From Spirogloea muscicola (Eukaryota): a DNA stretch of 54,434 nucleotides. The stretch lies in contig WELB01000004.1 in assembly GCA_009602725.1 (NCBI GenBank), forward strand, positions 1,246,443-1,300,876, in the 5' to 3' direction. Shown piece after piece: positions 43,506 through 54,434 of the stretch. The position numbers were made by a program, and so were the translations under genes. Numbering within the stretch: the stretch's first letter is position 1; each line of letters opens with the position of its first letter. The notes beneath the pieces are model-generated. The model searched no databases and was not told where the DNA came from. It saw only the letters and a program-made list of their open reading frames with translations.

Positions 43506-45345
43506 GGCGCTGCCGCCGCGCGGCGCTGGACGCGCACGGCCCGCGCCCACCGTCCGATCCGGCAGCCGGGCCGCCGCGAGAGGCGCCGCAAAGGACGCAG
43601 AGCTGCGGCCGACGCTGGACGACTACCGCGCGCCGCACCCCCTCGAGGACTTCGACGCCAACAAGGAGGACCCCTACCAGAGGTGAGGCGGCCGCCATTG
43701 ATGGCCTCAGACCGAGGACTGCCATGTGGCGGCTAGACAGTCGCAAGAGCGCGGGGAAACCCATGTTGCTGCTTCGTGTGTGGCTGCTGCTACCGTGCTC
43801 CTGCGTTGTGACTGGCGATCGCTCATGCGGCCATTGTTTGTGGGCAGGGACGCGGAGCTGGAGAAGGCGATGCTGTACAAGAGCGAGGACACGACCGACC
43901 GCCTGCGGCACTGCGTGGCCATTGTGGAGGACACGCGCAACGTTGGGCAGCAGACGTTGGTCACGCTGCACGAGCAGGGCGAGCAGATCCGGCGCACGCA
44001 CGAGAAGGCCGTCAAAGTCGACCAGGCGCTCTCGCGGGTGAGCTCCTCGGGGCTCGCCTTCGGCACCCATGCCGAACCGCCTCTGCATGCAGCTCGCGTC
44101 AGCCTGTCGAGCTGCATGCAGTGCTGGCCCATCAATCAGAGCGTTGGAGCTGACGAGGTCGTGCCAATGATCTGGCTTCCTGCAGGGCGAGAAGGTGCTT
44201 GGGACGCTTGGCCCCATCTTCTCATTCCGGTGGAAGCCCAAGAAGGGCAAGAAGATCACCGGCCCGACCTACGAGCCCAGTGAGCCTCTACCGGCCACCC
44301 TCGTGACTCTTGGATTCGATACCAGTGATTAAAGCTAGGCACCTTTACAGGCCCTTTACTGAAAAGCTCAGCAAGCACGAGATGCGGGAAAGATGTTTTG
44401 CAATCTGAACTTCAGTCTCCAGTAGAGTAAGATTAGCAGTTGAATCATGGTCACCATGTTGGGTGCTTGCAGTACTGTATTGAATGCCTGTAGAGCCCTT
44501 GTACCTCATTGGCCGAGGTCGACTGTCAACATAGGCTGGCATGCTTTTGGTACGTGGAAACAGGACTAGCAATCAAAAAAATTCTGCCCTTGACTGCATC
44601 CTCCTTGGTGGAAAATGTTTTTGCGAGGCAACAGACGCCATTGACCCAAGCCAGGCCACGTTTGGCAACCCTGAGGACCGCAAGGACCTTATGAATGGCA
44701 GCGGCGGAGGCGGGATGGATGGCAAGAAGGGCTGGGGTAAGGTTGAGAATGCAACTCTTGAAGATCACCACAAGCCCGATACGATGACTCTTATTAAGGT
44801 ACGTGTCGGGTTGTGGTTCTAACAATCGCATTTGGTAGCTGCAATAGTTATGAGCTTCCTGACATAGTTTCAGCCTTGTGGCCTGGAAGCCTGAAAGTAA
44901 GTGATAGGCCTTGTTGTAAATGATAATTGAATTGCGTGGTGTCGAGCTCTTGTGTAGGCCGAGAAGGACAAGCAGGACGCAGCACTTGACGACCTCAGTG
45001 GCGTGCTCGGGCAGCTCAAGGACATGTCGCTTGAGATGGGCTCTGAAATGGAGAGGTGCGCGCCAGTCTTGCTGTTCTGGTCGTCCTCGGACTAGTTGGC
45101 TTAAGTTGGGCAGCTGTTGGGCTGTTCTAGCGTGGACGGGGCAATGTGCTGCTCTTGCTGCAGACAAAGACAAGTAGTGTCTCTGCTAGTAATCACAGTA
45201 GCTGCTTGTTCTTACTTTGTCCAATTTGTCGTTTCGATATTGCAGGCAGAATGTTGCGTTGGATGAGCTCCAGGACGATGTCACGGAGCTCAATAGCAGG
45301 GTCAAGCAGGCCAACGAGCGTGGCCGCCGGCTCCTCCGCCGGTAA
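43506..45345 (+). CDS. SNAP25-type Qbc-SNARE (SNAP33-like); start in gap
   Basis: ELEKAMLYKSEDTT..IVEDTRNVGQQTLVTLHEQGEQIRRTH..DQALSRGEKVLGTLG; second SNARE motif KQDAALDDLSGVLGQLKDMSLEMGSEMERQN..ELNSRVKQANERGRRLL. Confidence 0.9.
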
Positions 45346-46147
45346 TCGTGGCATCCCACTTGCTGTGCCTTGTTGCTTTACGCATTCTTTCGAGCCACCT
45401 TTCAGCTCCTGCAGGAAGTTTCTTGCCTGCAGCATGTGTCCATGGCTACTGTGGTACTACTTTGAGGTCACATAGCAAACAGCAGCATGCACTTGGAGGA
45501 GCTGAGCCATTGCATGGCTGTTGTGGCCGCTTCGACTGGTCACCATATACGAACATACAGATTGCTCCTGGCAATGGTGCTGTGTATGGTGCCGTGTGCA
45601 ATCCAAGCTCAGCACCCAGTGTATATATTCCGCGTGCCTGTCATGACTTGCAAGTCAACACATCATTACTCCCACTGCTTGAGGTTGTTGTGGAAAGCAT
45701 AAAGTACAACACTGCCGTGCCCTCAGTGGCAAGAGGAAGTAAGTTGAAGAAATTGTGGTGCAGTCATCTCATGGTGCAGGCGCAGATCTCACGTTCAGAC
45801 TCACAAAAGAACCTCTGAACACATGTCTGAGTTAGCCAGATAAAGAGTTCAATAGTGTCGTTCCGCATCACTGAGCACTGCTCCGGCCAGCAACCAATGC
45901 TTGTAGGAATACGCTTGGTCTGCATGTGAATAACAGCATTTGCCTGCCATATGACAACAAGCGCTTATGTGAAGGTAAGGGGCAGCCACCCCAACTCTCC
46001 TGGTCATTACCCGTGGAATAAAGAGTTGAGTAACATGGACAGAGCAGCCAAGAGAAGGAAAGCAGATACAGGCCGCTTGCTGCTGTCCAAATGTGCTGCT
46101 CCGGCAACTTCCACGGGAGCTGGCCCGACGAGCGCGGGCCCCGCCGC

Positions 46148-47045
46148 ATGGCCTGCGCCGCGCTGGCGGCGGCGGCGGCGGCCNNNNNNNNNNNNNNNNN
46201 NNNNNNNNNNNNNNNNNNNNNNNNNNNNNNNNNNNNNNNNNNNNNNNNNNNNNNNNNNNNNNNNNNNNNNNNNNNNNNNNNNNNNNNNNNNNNNNNNNNN
46301 NNNNNNNNNNNNNNNNNNNNNNNNNNNNNNNNNNNNNNNNNNNNNNNNNNNNNNNNNNNNNNNNNNCGCGCCGCCGGCGGCGCGATCGGCGCCGGGCGTG
46401 CCGTGCGGCGCGTGCGGCGGCCGGGGCTGGCTGCTGTGCGACTTCTGCGGCGGGCAGCGGGTGAACGTGCAGGTCCGCGCGAACAAGCTGTACCGCCGCT
46501 GCCCGTCCTGCCGCGCAGTGAGTGCTTCCTTGCCCTTAACCCTAACCCTAAACCGCAGGACCCAGTCGAGAAGGATTCCCTGAGACACTAGCCAGCGCCA
46601 GAGCCGGGCTCGAGTCGCGAGGCTTGGCGGGGACCCACTTGCTGGCCGGCCTCCAATCACTGGCAAACTTGTTAGATTGCCTTGTTAAAGGTGCCGCCCT
46701 CCGTTGGTAGTAAAGGGCCGTGCTTCTGAGCGCGGCTGGACGGGCAGTCCCTCGTCAAATGCTCCTGAAGCCTTGTTACGTCCTGAGGTGGCCAGCTGCA
46801 GCTGCGGTCAGGAAGTCATTTGCCAGTCGTAATGTCGATGTCGATTTGGGGCCAACTACAGTTGCACCACCGCCTCCTGTTCTGCTTGACAGGCGCCCTA
46901 TATCGATTTGCCTCTGGGTGCTAAGCTGTAGCAAGTGTGTCTTGCTGCGCAGGCTGGCGTGCTTATCTGTCAGCAGTGCAAGGTGTACAAGTGCCTCACG
47001 CTGCCTGATGGCTCTGACAGTGGCCTTTCTGACTCCCGGCAATAA
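46148..47045 (+). CDS. DnaJ-type CxxCxGxG zinc-finger protein
   Basis: CGACGGRGWLLCDFCGGQRVNV..YRRCPSCRA (exon ends 46517) spliced to AGVLICQQCKVYKCLTLPD (46953-47045); putative ATG at 46148, before the gap. Confidence 0.8.
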
Positions 47046-47570
47046 GCCCTGATGGCTGGTAGAGAAATTGCTTCCGCCACGCAGGCAAGATCAACTGGCA
47101 GAAGTTGACCTGATCCTAACTCATTCTTTTGCTTCCCTTCGGACCCGCTCAGTAATGCAAGCCATGAAAGATGGAGCGCCTCGTCCACATCAAGAAGATA
47201 TTGCGTGCCAATGCATGTCCGCTCAGCGTGACGCTGTTACTACAGCATCAAAATGTGTAGCGCCCAGTTGGTAAGATAAGTGTTGTAAGCTGCTAAATTA
47301 AACGTGGATACACAGATATGATCCTTGAGGTGTATCTTCTTCTCCCCATGCTTTGAGCAGTGCAAAGTCTTACTTATTTGGTGGACACAAGTGCTGTGCA
47401 AAACGCACAGACCAGCAGCTAGCAGTTGCTATGGCTGCATGACTTGGCAAGCACAGTCCAAGGTTGTCGTGTAGAGATGTGTGAATGTGTGAGTCCCCAG
47501 ATGCACTGCACCTTCAATTGCACTGCTTGGTCTGGGATTAGATATAGAAATGCACAGCCACTTGTGGCAC

Positions 47571-50269
47571 TTATGCTAGTCTGATACCTGGGCTGCCATA
47601 TCGTTCTCTCCTGGCTGACAACCTGTCTTGCAGGCAGGCCAGCGCCTCGTCCAGAGCCTTTGCTGACTTGCCCAGGCCGAAGGAGCTGAATCCTGGAAGA
47701 GCATCAAGCTCCTCTAGGAGCTTGACAGCAGACGCCGCAGTGCAGAGTTGCTCTTTTGTTGGCTGTGGTCTGTATCGAAACACAAGGCTTTCGCTTCTAT
47801 CAGCATATACATGCTTCACTCTGTCTTGCATATCCTGGCAGCAACCGATCATCTTGAAGTGCATATAACTTTGACGATGTGTCATAAGTCTTACCTCAAG
47901 TTGTGCATCACGGAATGGGCCTTGGGTTTGACTGAGAGGCACTCGAGCTCAGAGCCCAACGCCTGCCTTGCTTGCTCCTATAAAATACCAACAATGGCAA
48001 TGACATGACAAAGTTACTGTTAATGCCAATGGTGACTTGCTCCTCGGCAGAAGGCCTAGGCAAGGCAAGGGACTTAGACCAGCCAAGAAGCATGATGCTC
48101 ATCAAGCAATCAAGTGCAAGCATATAGAGTGGGTAGAATGGCAGCAGTGGTGACCCACTTGTAGTCGATTCATCATTGCATTTGAGTTGTTCCAGGTCCC
48201 ATCCACCAGGACGAAGTGCGCCAACAGCTTATACTCTGGCACTTGTGTCTTGTCAACGTCCTGTGCGCAAGCATGGCAGGCTCAGTGGCCAACAACGGGC
48301 CACATCACAATTACACATTTCTCTGAAAGCTTTGCAACTGTGAGAGCACACAGAAAATATGCTACTGTTGCGAACCTGCAATAGGCCATGCTGGGAAACA
48401 TGTCCTTGCAACAGAGCCTCTGATGTCAAATTCTGAAAGCCCCGGAAAGGATACAAACACCACACCGACTTTCTGCCTGCAAATTCGAGTTTTTTTAGTC
48501 AGCTAATATAGTGCTGGCAATGACACTTGTGGAGGCCTTTGACTACCCTCCCAGCCACAAATACAGGAAGCCTACTGTCAAAGTTCGTGAACGATCTAAT
48601 TTCATGAAACATTTAATGTGCACTGGACTGCAACACTGAAGAGTGACTGACCAGCAGCAGCCAGCTGAGCCCACATAGCTTCCTCGTGCTCCTGCACTCC
48701 AAATATGCAGAGCTTGGCGGCCTGCTCTCCCAGCACTTGCCGTAGGAGTTTACCAGTGTTGTTTGACCGCAGAAAGTCCTGTACACCTCAGATGCTCTGA
48801 TTGACTGCATGCCAGTCTAGGTGCCACTTTCAACAGCAAAATCACAGAGGCCCCACAACCTGTTTGCTGGGCATATGCAGTTGGTAGATCTCTATCATCT
48901 ATAGCTACTTGGGCAGCAGCAAGCCTGTACAAGTCGTCCTGACACCCCGTTTATTAATCGGACAGACCTTAGGGTGAATGTAGAGCCAGAACGTTATGCC
49001 TTGCCTGAGCTCCGCCCTTGGCAGCATGGAACAGAGGCAGTCTTCAATGGGCAGCCAGCACTGTGCTGGTGAAAAAGTATGAGGGACGCAACATTGTCAG
49101 TAAGGCACAGCCGTCCTGTGATACTTGTTGCCTCAACCTAATAATCTCACTGAGCTGCAGCAGTTCCCTAAGAGGGGGTTGAGACTTCCACACGGACGTG
49201 ACACTTCTATAATGACTTTAGTGAGCCACTGAGCTACTGAGCTTGCTAGATACTTCAGAACATCCTCCATTGACCAAGACCTGGCAGATCGCCAACTACA
49301 TTAGCCATGTACGAGCGCTGGGGAATGAGTGGGGCCTGGATGTACCTCGCAACAAAGACGTGGTGAGGCATGGAGAAGGCGGACGGCGACCTGGAGCGCC
49401 ACCGACGCCTTGAACCTCTCCTCAGGGCTGGCGTGCGTGAACTCCGCCCAGAACTGCTCCTCGGGCCTCCTTTCCTGCAAGTGAGCCTGGCATTGGCACG
49501 ACTCCAGGTGAGGGCCTGCTCAAACCTCCACAATTGTCAGCCCCCCAGATCTGACCAACGATTCGGCTCCTGATTAGTGTGCCGATGTGTGTCCACTTCC
49601 TCCTACTTCTCTCAGCATTCAGTTACTGTCATCAGAAGAACCGGCCTCTGGACGTCCTGCACACTTGGTGTGGCCTCCGGCCCACTGCTTTTGTGCAGCC
49701 CAACAAGGAAACTTGCAAGTGCAGTCACAAGAGAGTCGCGAAGGCTCGTCTTCATTGTCTCCAAGACCAGGACTAGCGAAGCCAACTGCAATGAGCTCGA
49801 GCAAGCACTAGCTAGAGCATCAGACGAGGTCCAAGGTCCTGACTTCCTTGGGATCTCCAGGCCTTCAGGATCTAGTGTGTACTGCTCTCTGTCTTGGGTT
49901 TAGCTTTGCAGCCTTGGGTAGGCAAGGCTTGGCATGTGCTTCTGTCGAAAGAGTGGAGCGAGAGGAGGGCCCCCGCTATGCATCACCTGCTTGCGACCGG
50001 ATCCTGACGGAGCCGATGCGGCGCCACCCGACGTCGCGGCAATGAGCCGCATGACCTCCGCGACCAGCGCCGGCGTGCGCGCCAGCCACGGCACGGTCCC
50101 GCCGCCGCCGCGCGGCTCGGCAGCGCCGGCGTCGGCATCGGCGGCGAGGGCGGCCGATGCCAGGCAGGCCCTGGAGCCGNNNACGGAGGCCGCCGCGGGT
50201 GGCGGCGGACGCTGCCACCGCCGCCGCGTGCGCTTTCGGCGGCGCTGCCGGTGGCGGGCTCGGCGTCAT
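47571..50269 (-). CDS. DTW-domain protein (tRNA-uridine aminocarboxypropyltransferase family)
   Basis: Spliced CWLPIEDCLCS..FWLYIHPK, DFLRSNNTGKLLRQVLG..LCIFGVQEHEEAMW, FVLVDGTWNNS and RPQP..QLCTAASA; 5' exons uncertain. Confidence 0.85.
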
Positions 50270-50397
50270 GGCCGTCAGGCCGCCTGCCCAGTGCCAACTT
50301 CTCAGCGCCGTGGACCTCCAGCCGGGGCCAGCCTGCGGCGCCCGCCGCACTCGCAGCACACTGCCGGCGCCGTCGCTGTAGCCGCCTGGCCTGAAGG

Positions 50398-50550
50398 AGA
50401 AAGTGCTCGCCCATTGAGATTAGGGGCTGAAAAAGCCATCCCAGAAAAGAATCAACAAAGGACGAGAAGGGGGCCAGGGGAAGCGCTAAGGAAAACAAGC
50501 ACACGGAAACAAAGCAGCTACGGATCACTCAGTAACCCCTGCTAAGCAGC
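50398..50550 (-). mobile_element. Retroelement 3' UTR, subfamily B, upstream of the DTW gene
   Basis: Highly similar to 19526-19670 and to the reverse complement of 5870-6030. Confidence 0.9.
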
Positions 50551-50807
50551 CTCAGGCCTGAAGCCTCTCCTAGCCTTGTCCGACACGAACATCGAAAGAA
50601 TGGCCTTTCGTCCGTTTCTTTGCCGCAAGCGGTGTTAGGGAGCTCCATGGTAATAATGTATCATGATTGGTAACATCCTGGTGCGTTTCTAGCAAGGAAC
50701 TTTACATTGGTAAAATCCAACCTCGTGTGATTTCTTCTAGAAATCACACTGCGCATCCGACTCTTAAGACCCGACACCTTTCTTCTTTCTTCTTGACGCT
50801 TGCTCAG

Positions 50808-50895
50808 GTGTTCCGCATGCGGCTATCCGTATCTTTCCAACGGTCCTAGGCTCACGCAGTGCACTTGCGGGCAGGCCGCGCTATGGCTGCTCCGT
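50808..50895 (+). mobile_element. Degenerate retroelement C-terminal coding fragment
   Basis: VFRMRLSVSFQRS*AHAVHLRAGRA. Confidence 0.7.
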
Positions 50896-51141
50896 CTGAG
50901 TCTCATCGAGGGTGCCTCTTTATGGTGCGACTCGACTGATGAGCCGCCCGAAGTGTCTGCTGTTGCAGGCTGGCTTTTCAAAGAGAGTGATGGTCTACTA
51001 TTAGGCAAGCGCAGTGCATAAGAACTGCCAGCGAAACAGTCGAGGCTGGAGCATGCCTGTATTATCAACAAAGTCTGGCCTCTGGACCCTGGCAAATGGG
51101 GAGGTCTTGCACTCAGTAAAGCCATAATCTTAAGCTAACAA

Positions 51142-53341
51142 TCACAATTCCTGTCTGCAGGAAGAGTCGTCGGATGCAGCTGCGATTTCAGACGACAGAG
51201 GGTTGATGTACAATCCTCTATGCTCGGGACGGTGGGAGACCTCAAAGTCCAGGTGCACAAATGCACGCTCAATCTCGGGAAGGCTCTCAATCTTGTACTG
51301 CAGGGTCTCTCCAATGTCGTGGGCATCCTTCAGTGGCATGTCGGGTGGCAGCACAATGTCCACCTCGGAAAAGTAGTGGTTGCCAAATGTGTATGCTCGT
51401 ACTGTGTCAATGAATTGAATGGCCTCATGATGGTTCCAGCACAAGTAGGTCAATTTCTGGAGGAACTCGGGTGGAGCAGTTCGGCCGGTGAGGGAGTTGA
51501 CGTTCTCCAGCACCGTTCCAAACCAATTGACCATAGTGTACAATGCCAACTGTTACAGTTTGCTCTGAGTCAGTGAAAGTCCTGTGCACCTAATATTGGG
51601 TAATAATCGCCTTAGCCTGGGAAGATTGTATTAGTCTCAGTGGTTGCGTGCTGGTACAAGGGAATAGAAATGCAACTTACCAAAATAGCTCCAGCTGGGT
51701 CTATCCACCATGCAAATGCTCCAGCAAAGAGAGCAGCAGCCAGTGAAATCACATTTGTGACCACGTCAAAGAAGTGGTCTTTGGCATAAGCGAGTACAAT
51801 GTCATTGCTGAAAGTGGCGCAATACAACCACAGCATGAGCTTGGTAATTGTCACTGGCACCATGATACCCACTTCCCACTGCCACTTGCTCAGATCTTCA
51901 GTGTGGTTCTGCCATACGAGAGTGAGCTGACAGTGAGCATAGCAGTCATAACAGCATAGTCGCACATATGCATAAGGATACTACACACAACAAATACAAG
52001 TCTTTCCTGCCACTGCCAAGGAGGAGCAAGTTGAAAGTGAGGAGAGCAGGACCAACTTGCCTATTTCCTATATACAGCCAAGAAGGAGCTCAGCACTTCA
52101 TGCATCCTTCAACATGTAAGCATGATTCGGGATGACACAAGCGGACAGCAGCCTGAAGAGCAGCCCTGAAGGCCATACCTTGCCTAAAAGTCGACGAACA
52201 CCCTCAATGAAAATCTGGAACCCAAGGGTTGCCATAATTGATGCAAACACAATGATTCCCTACAGCACTTAAAAACGGGTGTCAAACGCGACAAACACAC
52301 TACCTACGATTGTTTCAAACATAGGGGCTGCTATGCCCGCTATTGCCGGGGGAGAAATGCGGCAAGGATACTCTGCGAGATCTACTGTGATGAGAAAATG
52401 GTGATGAGATATGACAATCGATACGTCAAATCCACCCTGCTTACCAAGGGCTGCATGCGCTTCTTCCCAATCGGATAGAGATATGGATTGTCCTTCCTCA
52501 TGGAGCGTGCCGTGAAGTACAGGATGAACCCAGACAGCAAATCCAGGAGGCTGTCCAAGGCACTGGCTATAATCGCCAGACTGCCCGACTCGACAGACAC
52601 ATATACTTTTGCGATAAGTAGAAATACATTAGCAAGGTTGGAGATGTTGATGGCAAAGCGAACCCTCCCTTCCAGCCGAGCTTCTGCCACCCTTTCCTGC
52701 AGGACAATTGCCCCTTTGTCACCATGTAGCTTGGTCAACTTTGCTTGGCCTTGAGAGACAAACAGACAGACAGACAGCTTCTGTCTGCTGGCTATTTGGA
52801 AAAATGTAACAGAAGTCTGCCAGTCTTCCAAAAGCTCTCTCACCAGAGCAGTCGGTGCCAGAAGGCGCTCTTCTAGTGTGTCCATCTGGCTGAAGCCCTC
52901 TATCATCTGGGTTTGCCGCTGGTAGTAGCCATCTATGGCACTCTGGGTGCCTGAGGAAGACGGCTAACCCTGTCAATCGTCAAAATTTGGAAGATTTGAC
53001 TACACAGAGAAGATCACCATGCGTGTACCGAGAGCCAGCACTGTTTGTGCTACTAACAAGGTCGTCTTGCGTAATCTGCAAAGCTGCCAAGCAGCTCACA
53101 GGTTGCACTCACCTAAGAAACGGCCGGAGCGCGAACGCGTCACCACTGGCTCGGCGGACGCGTTCTTCAGGGCCTCGTCAAAGCTGCTGGAGCTCAGCTT
53201 CCACTCTTCTCCTGGCTGGCGTGGCGTCTCGGCTCTTTCCTGGTCTACGCCAGCAGTGGTACTGACGCTAGGCATTGCCTTGTCAGGCAGCCGCGCTGGC
53301 GGGGATGACGGCCTGTCTCTGGAGCCATCGTAAGCGCACAT
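51142..53341 (-). CDS. Metal tolerance protein (Mn-CDF, MTP9/10/11-like); start uncertain
   Basis: [88 protein letters not shown] and [11 protein letters not shown]; candidate ATGs at 53341 and 53275. Confidence 0.92.
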
Positions 53342-53697
53342 GCTGTCCTCCGAGAGATGGCCGACCGGCTGGCCAACGAGGAGCGGCTGTGGCAGATGGA
53401 CCTCCCACAGCCAGGGCAAGCTGCCGTTTCGCGCGGGCCTACTCAGCGGCCACCTCGTCTTTCAACGCTCGCACAAGCGCGACGGCGGCGGCGTTAGCGG
53501 CTGCAGCGGAGGAGGCGCTGAGCGACGGCCGCACAGCCTCGCGGCGCAGCGGCAAGGCCGGCCTCGGGTTGGAGAGGCCACTCGGTGGCCGGAGGAGGAA
53601 AACGCGTGTGATGCGCATGAATTGAAAGGGAGGTCAAATCGCAGCAAATACACTGTTCAGGCAAACGCTAGTGCAAGAAGTGGGGCTACTTAGAACG

Positions 53698-53800
53698 AAG
53701 AAAGGGCTCGCCCATTGAGGATAGGGGCTGGACAAGCCAGCCCAAAAAAGAATGAACAAAGAACGAGAAGGGGGCCAGAGGAAGCCAGAGGAAGCGCTAG
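53698..53800 (-). mobile_element. Retroelement 3' UTR fragment, subfamily B, upstream of MTP
   Basis: gctcgcccattgaggataggggctggacaagccagcccaaaaaagaatgaacaaagaacgagaagggggccag..gaagcgcta matches the other subfamily B copies. Confidence 0.85.
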
Positions 53801-53956
53801 AACGAAGGGCCTATCCTATGCCCCTAACCTTCTTTGGGCGAGCACTTCTCTCTATGCTGGAAGGCCTATGACATACACAAGCCCCGAGGCTTATCGGATG
53901 TCGATTGCCGCTGGCAGGAGCTGATCGCATTAGGTTTAGGGGGAGTAGTGCCGCAC

Positions 53957-54044
53957 CTTTGAGGTCGAGGGCGCCGCTGCCGCCGCCGCCACCCCTCCCA
54001 AACCCCGGGCCGCCGCCGGCGCCACCGCCGGCGGCGCCCGCCAT
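53957..54044 (-). other. Possible first coding exon (of MTP, or an orphan)
   Basis: ccATGG start, Gly-rich MAGAAGGGAGGGPGFGRGGGGGSGALDLK, then an aag|gtgcgg donor; no in-frame acceptor to MTP was found. Confidence 0.3.
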
Positions 54045-54061
54045 GGGGTCCGCGGCGGCGA

Positions 54062-54434
54062 GCTGGCCCCCTGGATTGGCTCACCACACACGCAATCCAC
54101 AACGCTTTCAAAATCAGCCCTGAAGCATTCCGGACGCTTCTCCAGCTGTTCCTGGGCCTGCCCCCGACCTGCCTGATTGGAGTAACTCAGTGTGAGTGTG
54201 GCTTCCGTACGGAGGGCGGAGACCTAGCCACCCACATGCTGCGGTGTCCCACAGGCCCTGAGGTGGTGGGCGTCCACAATCTCCTACGGGACGCCCTGGC
54301 GGGCTTGATGCGCGACGCCGGCTACCGCGCCATCGTTGAAGTGAGCAATGTAATGCCCATCACCACGGATTCCCAGGGAGGCCATCACCGTCGCACCCTG
54401 GACATTGTGGGTGTACAACCTGGCGGAGGCCCAC
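54062..54434 (+). mobile_element. 5'-truncated, stop-free copy of a second divergent CRE-like element, running off the window
   Basis: Open frame PLDWLTTHAIHNAFKISPEAFRTLLQLFLGLPPTCLIGVTQCECG..ATHMLRC..HNLLRDALAGLMRDAGY..RTLDIV, homologous to 23260-23600. Confidence 0.88.

Noticed and set aside
43070..46365. N gaps bordered by (GCC)n/(GGC)n at gene 5' ends, also at 30618
   Set aside because: Consistent with sequencing dropout at extreme GC; ORFs spanning them are not meaningful.

Overview
Eukaryotic, GC-rich, intron-rich genomic DNA. The plant-type gene set (EIN3, steroleosin, KINgamma-like, ADC synthase) points to a streptophyte alga, probably Zygnematophyceae; this is inference only. About 14 spliced host genes are tightly packed: TMEM186-like, a BTB/POZ protein, a plastid HAD hydrolase, a steroleosin/HSD, FPGS, a CFIm68-like RRM protein, EIN3, a KINgamma-like CBS protein, ADC synthase, AMMECR1, a SNAP25-type SNARE, a DnaJ-type zinc-finger protein, a DTW-domain protein and an Mn-CDF/MTP. 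The main non-genic signal is a family of CRE-clade-like non-LTR retrotransposons (zinc finger + RT + CCHC + restriction-like endonuclease). There is one decayed near-full-length copy (about 20.8-24.2 kb), a second divergent copy at the window end, and more than a dozen 5'-truncated 3'-end fragments from at least three subfamilies. These lie in 6 of the 7 readable gene 5' flanks and were not seen between convergent 3' ends. They stack as nested arrays, and their 3' UTRs share a GGCTG...CAGCC hairpin. The copy nearest a start codon usually points at it. This suggests a promoter-targeting, possibly promoter-supplying, retroelement system. Exon boundaries were read by eye; several 5' ends fall in N gaps.
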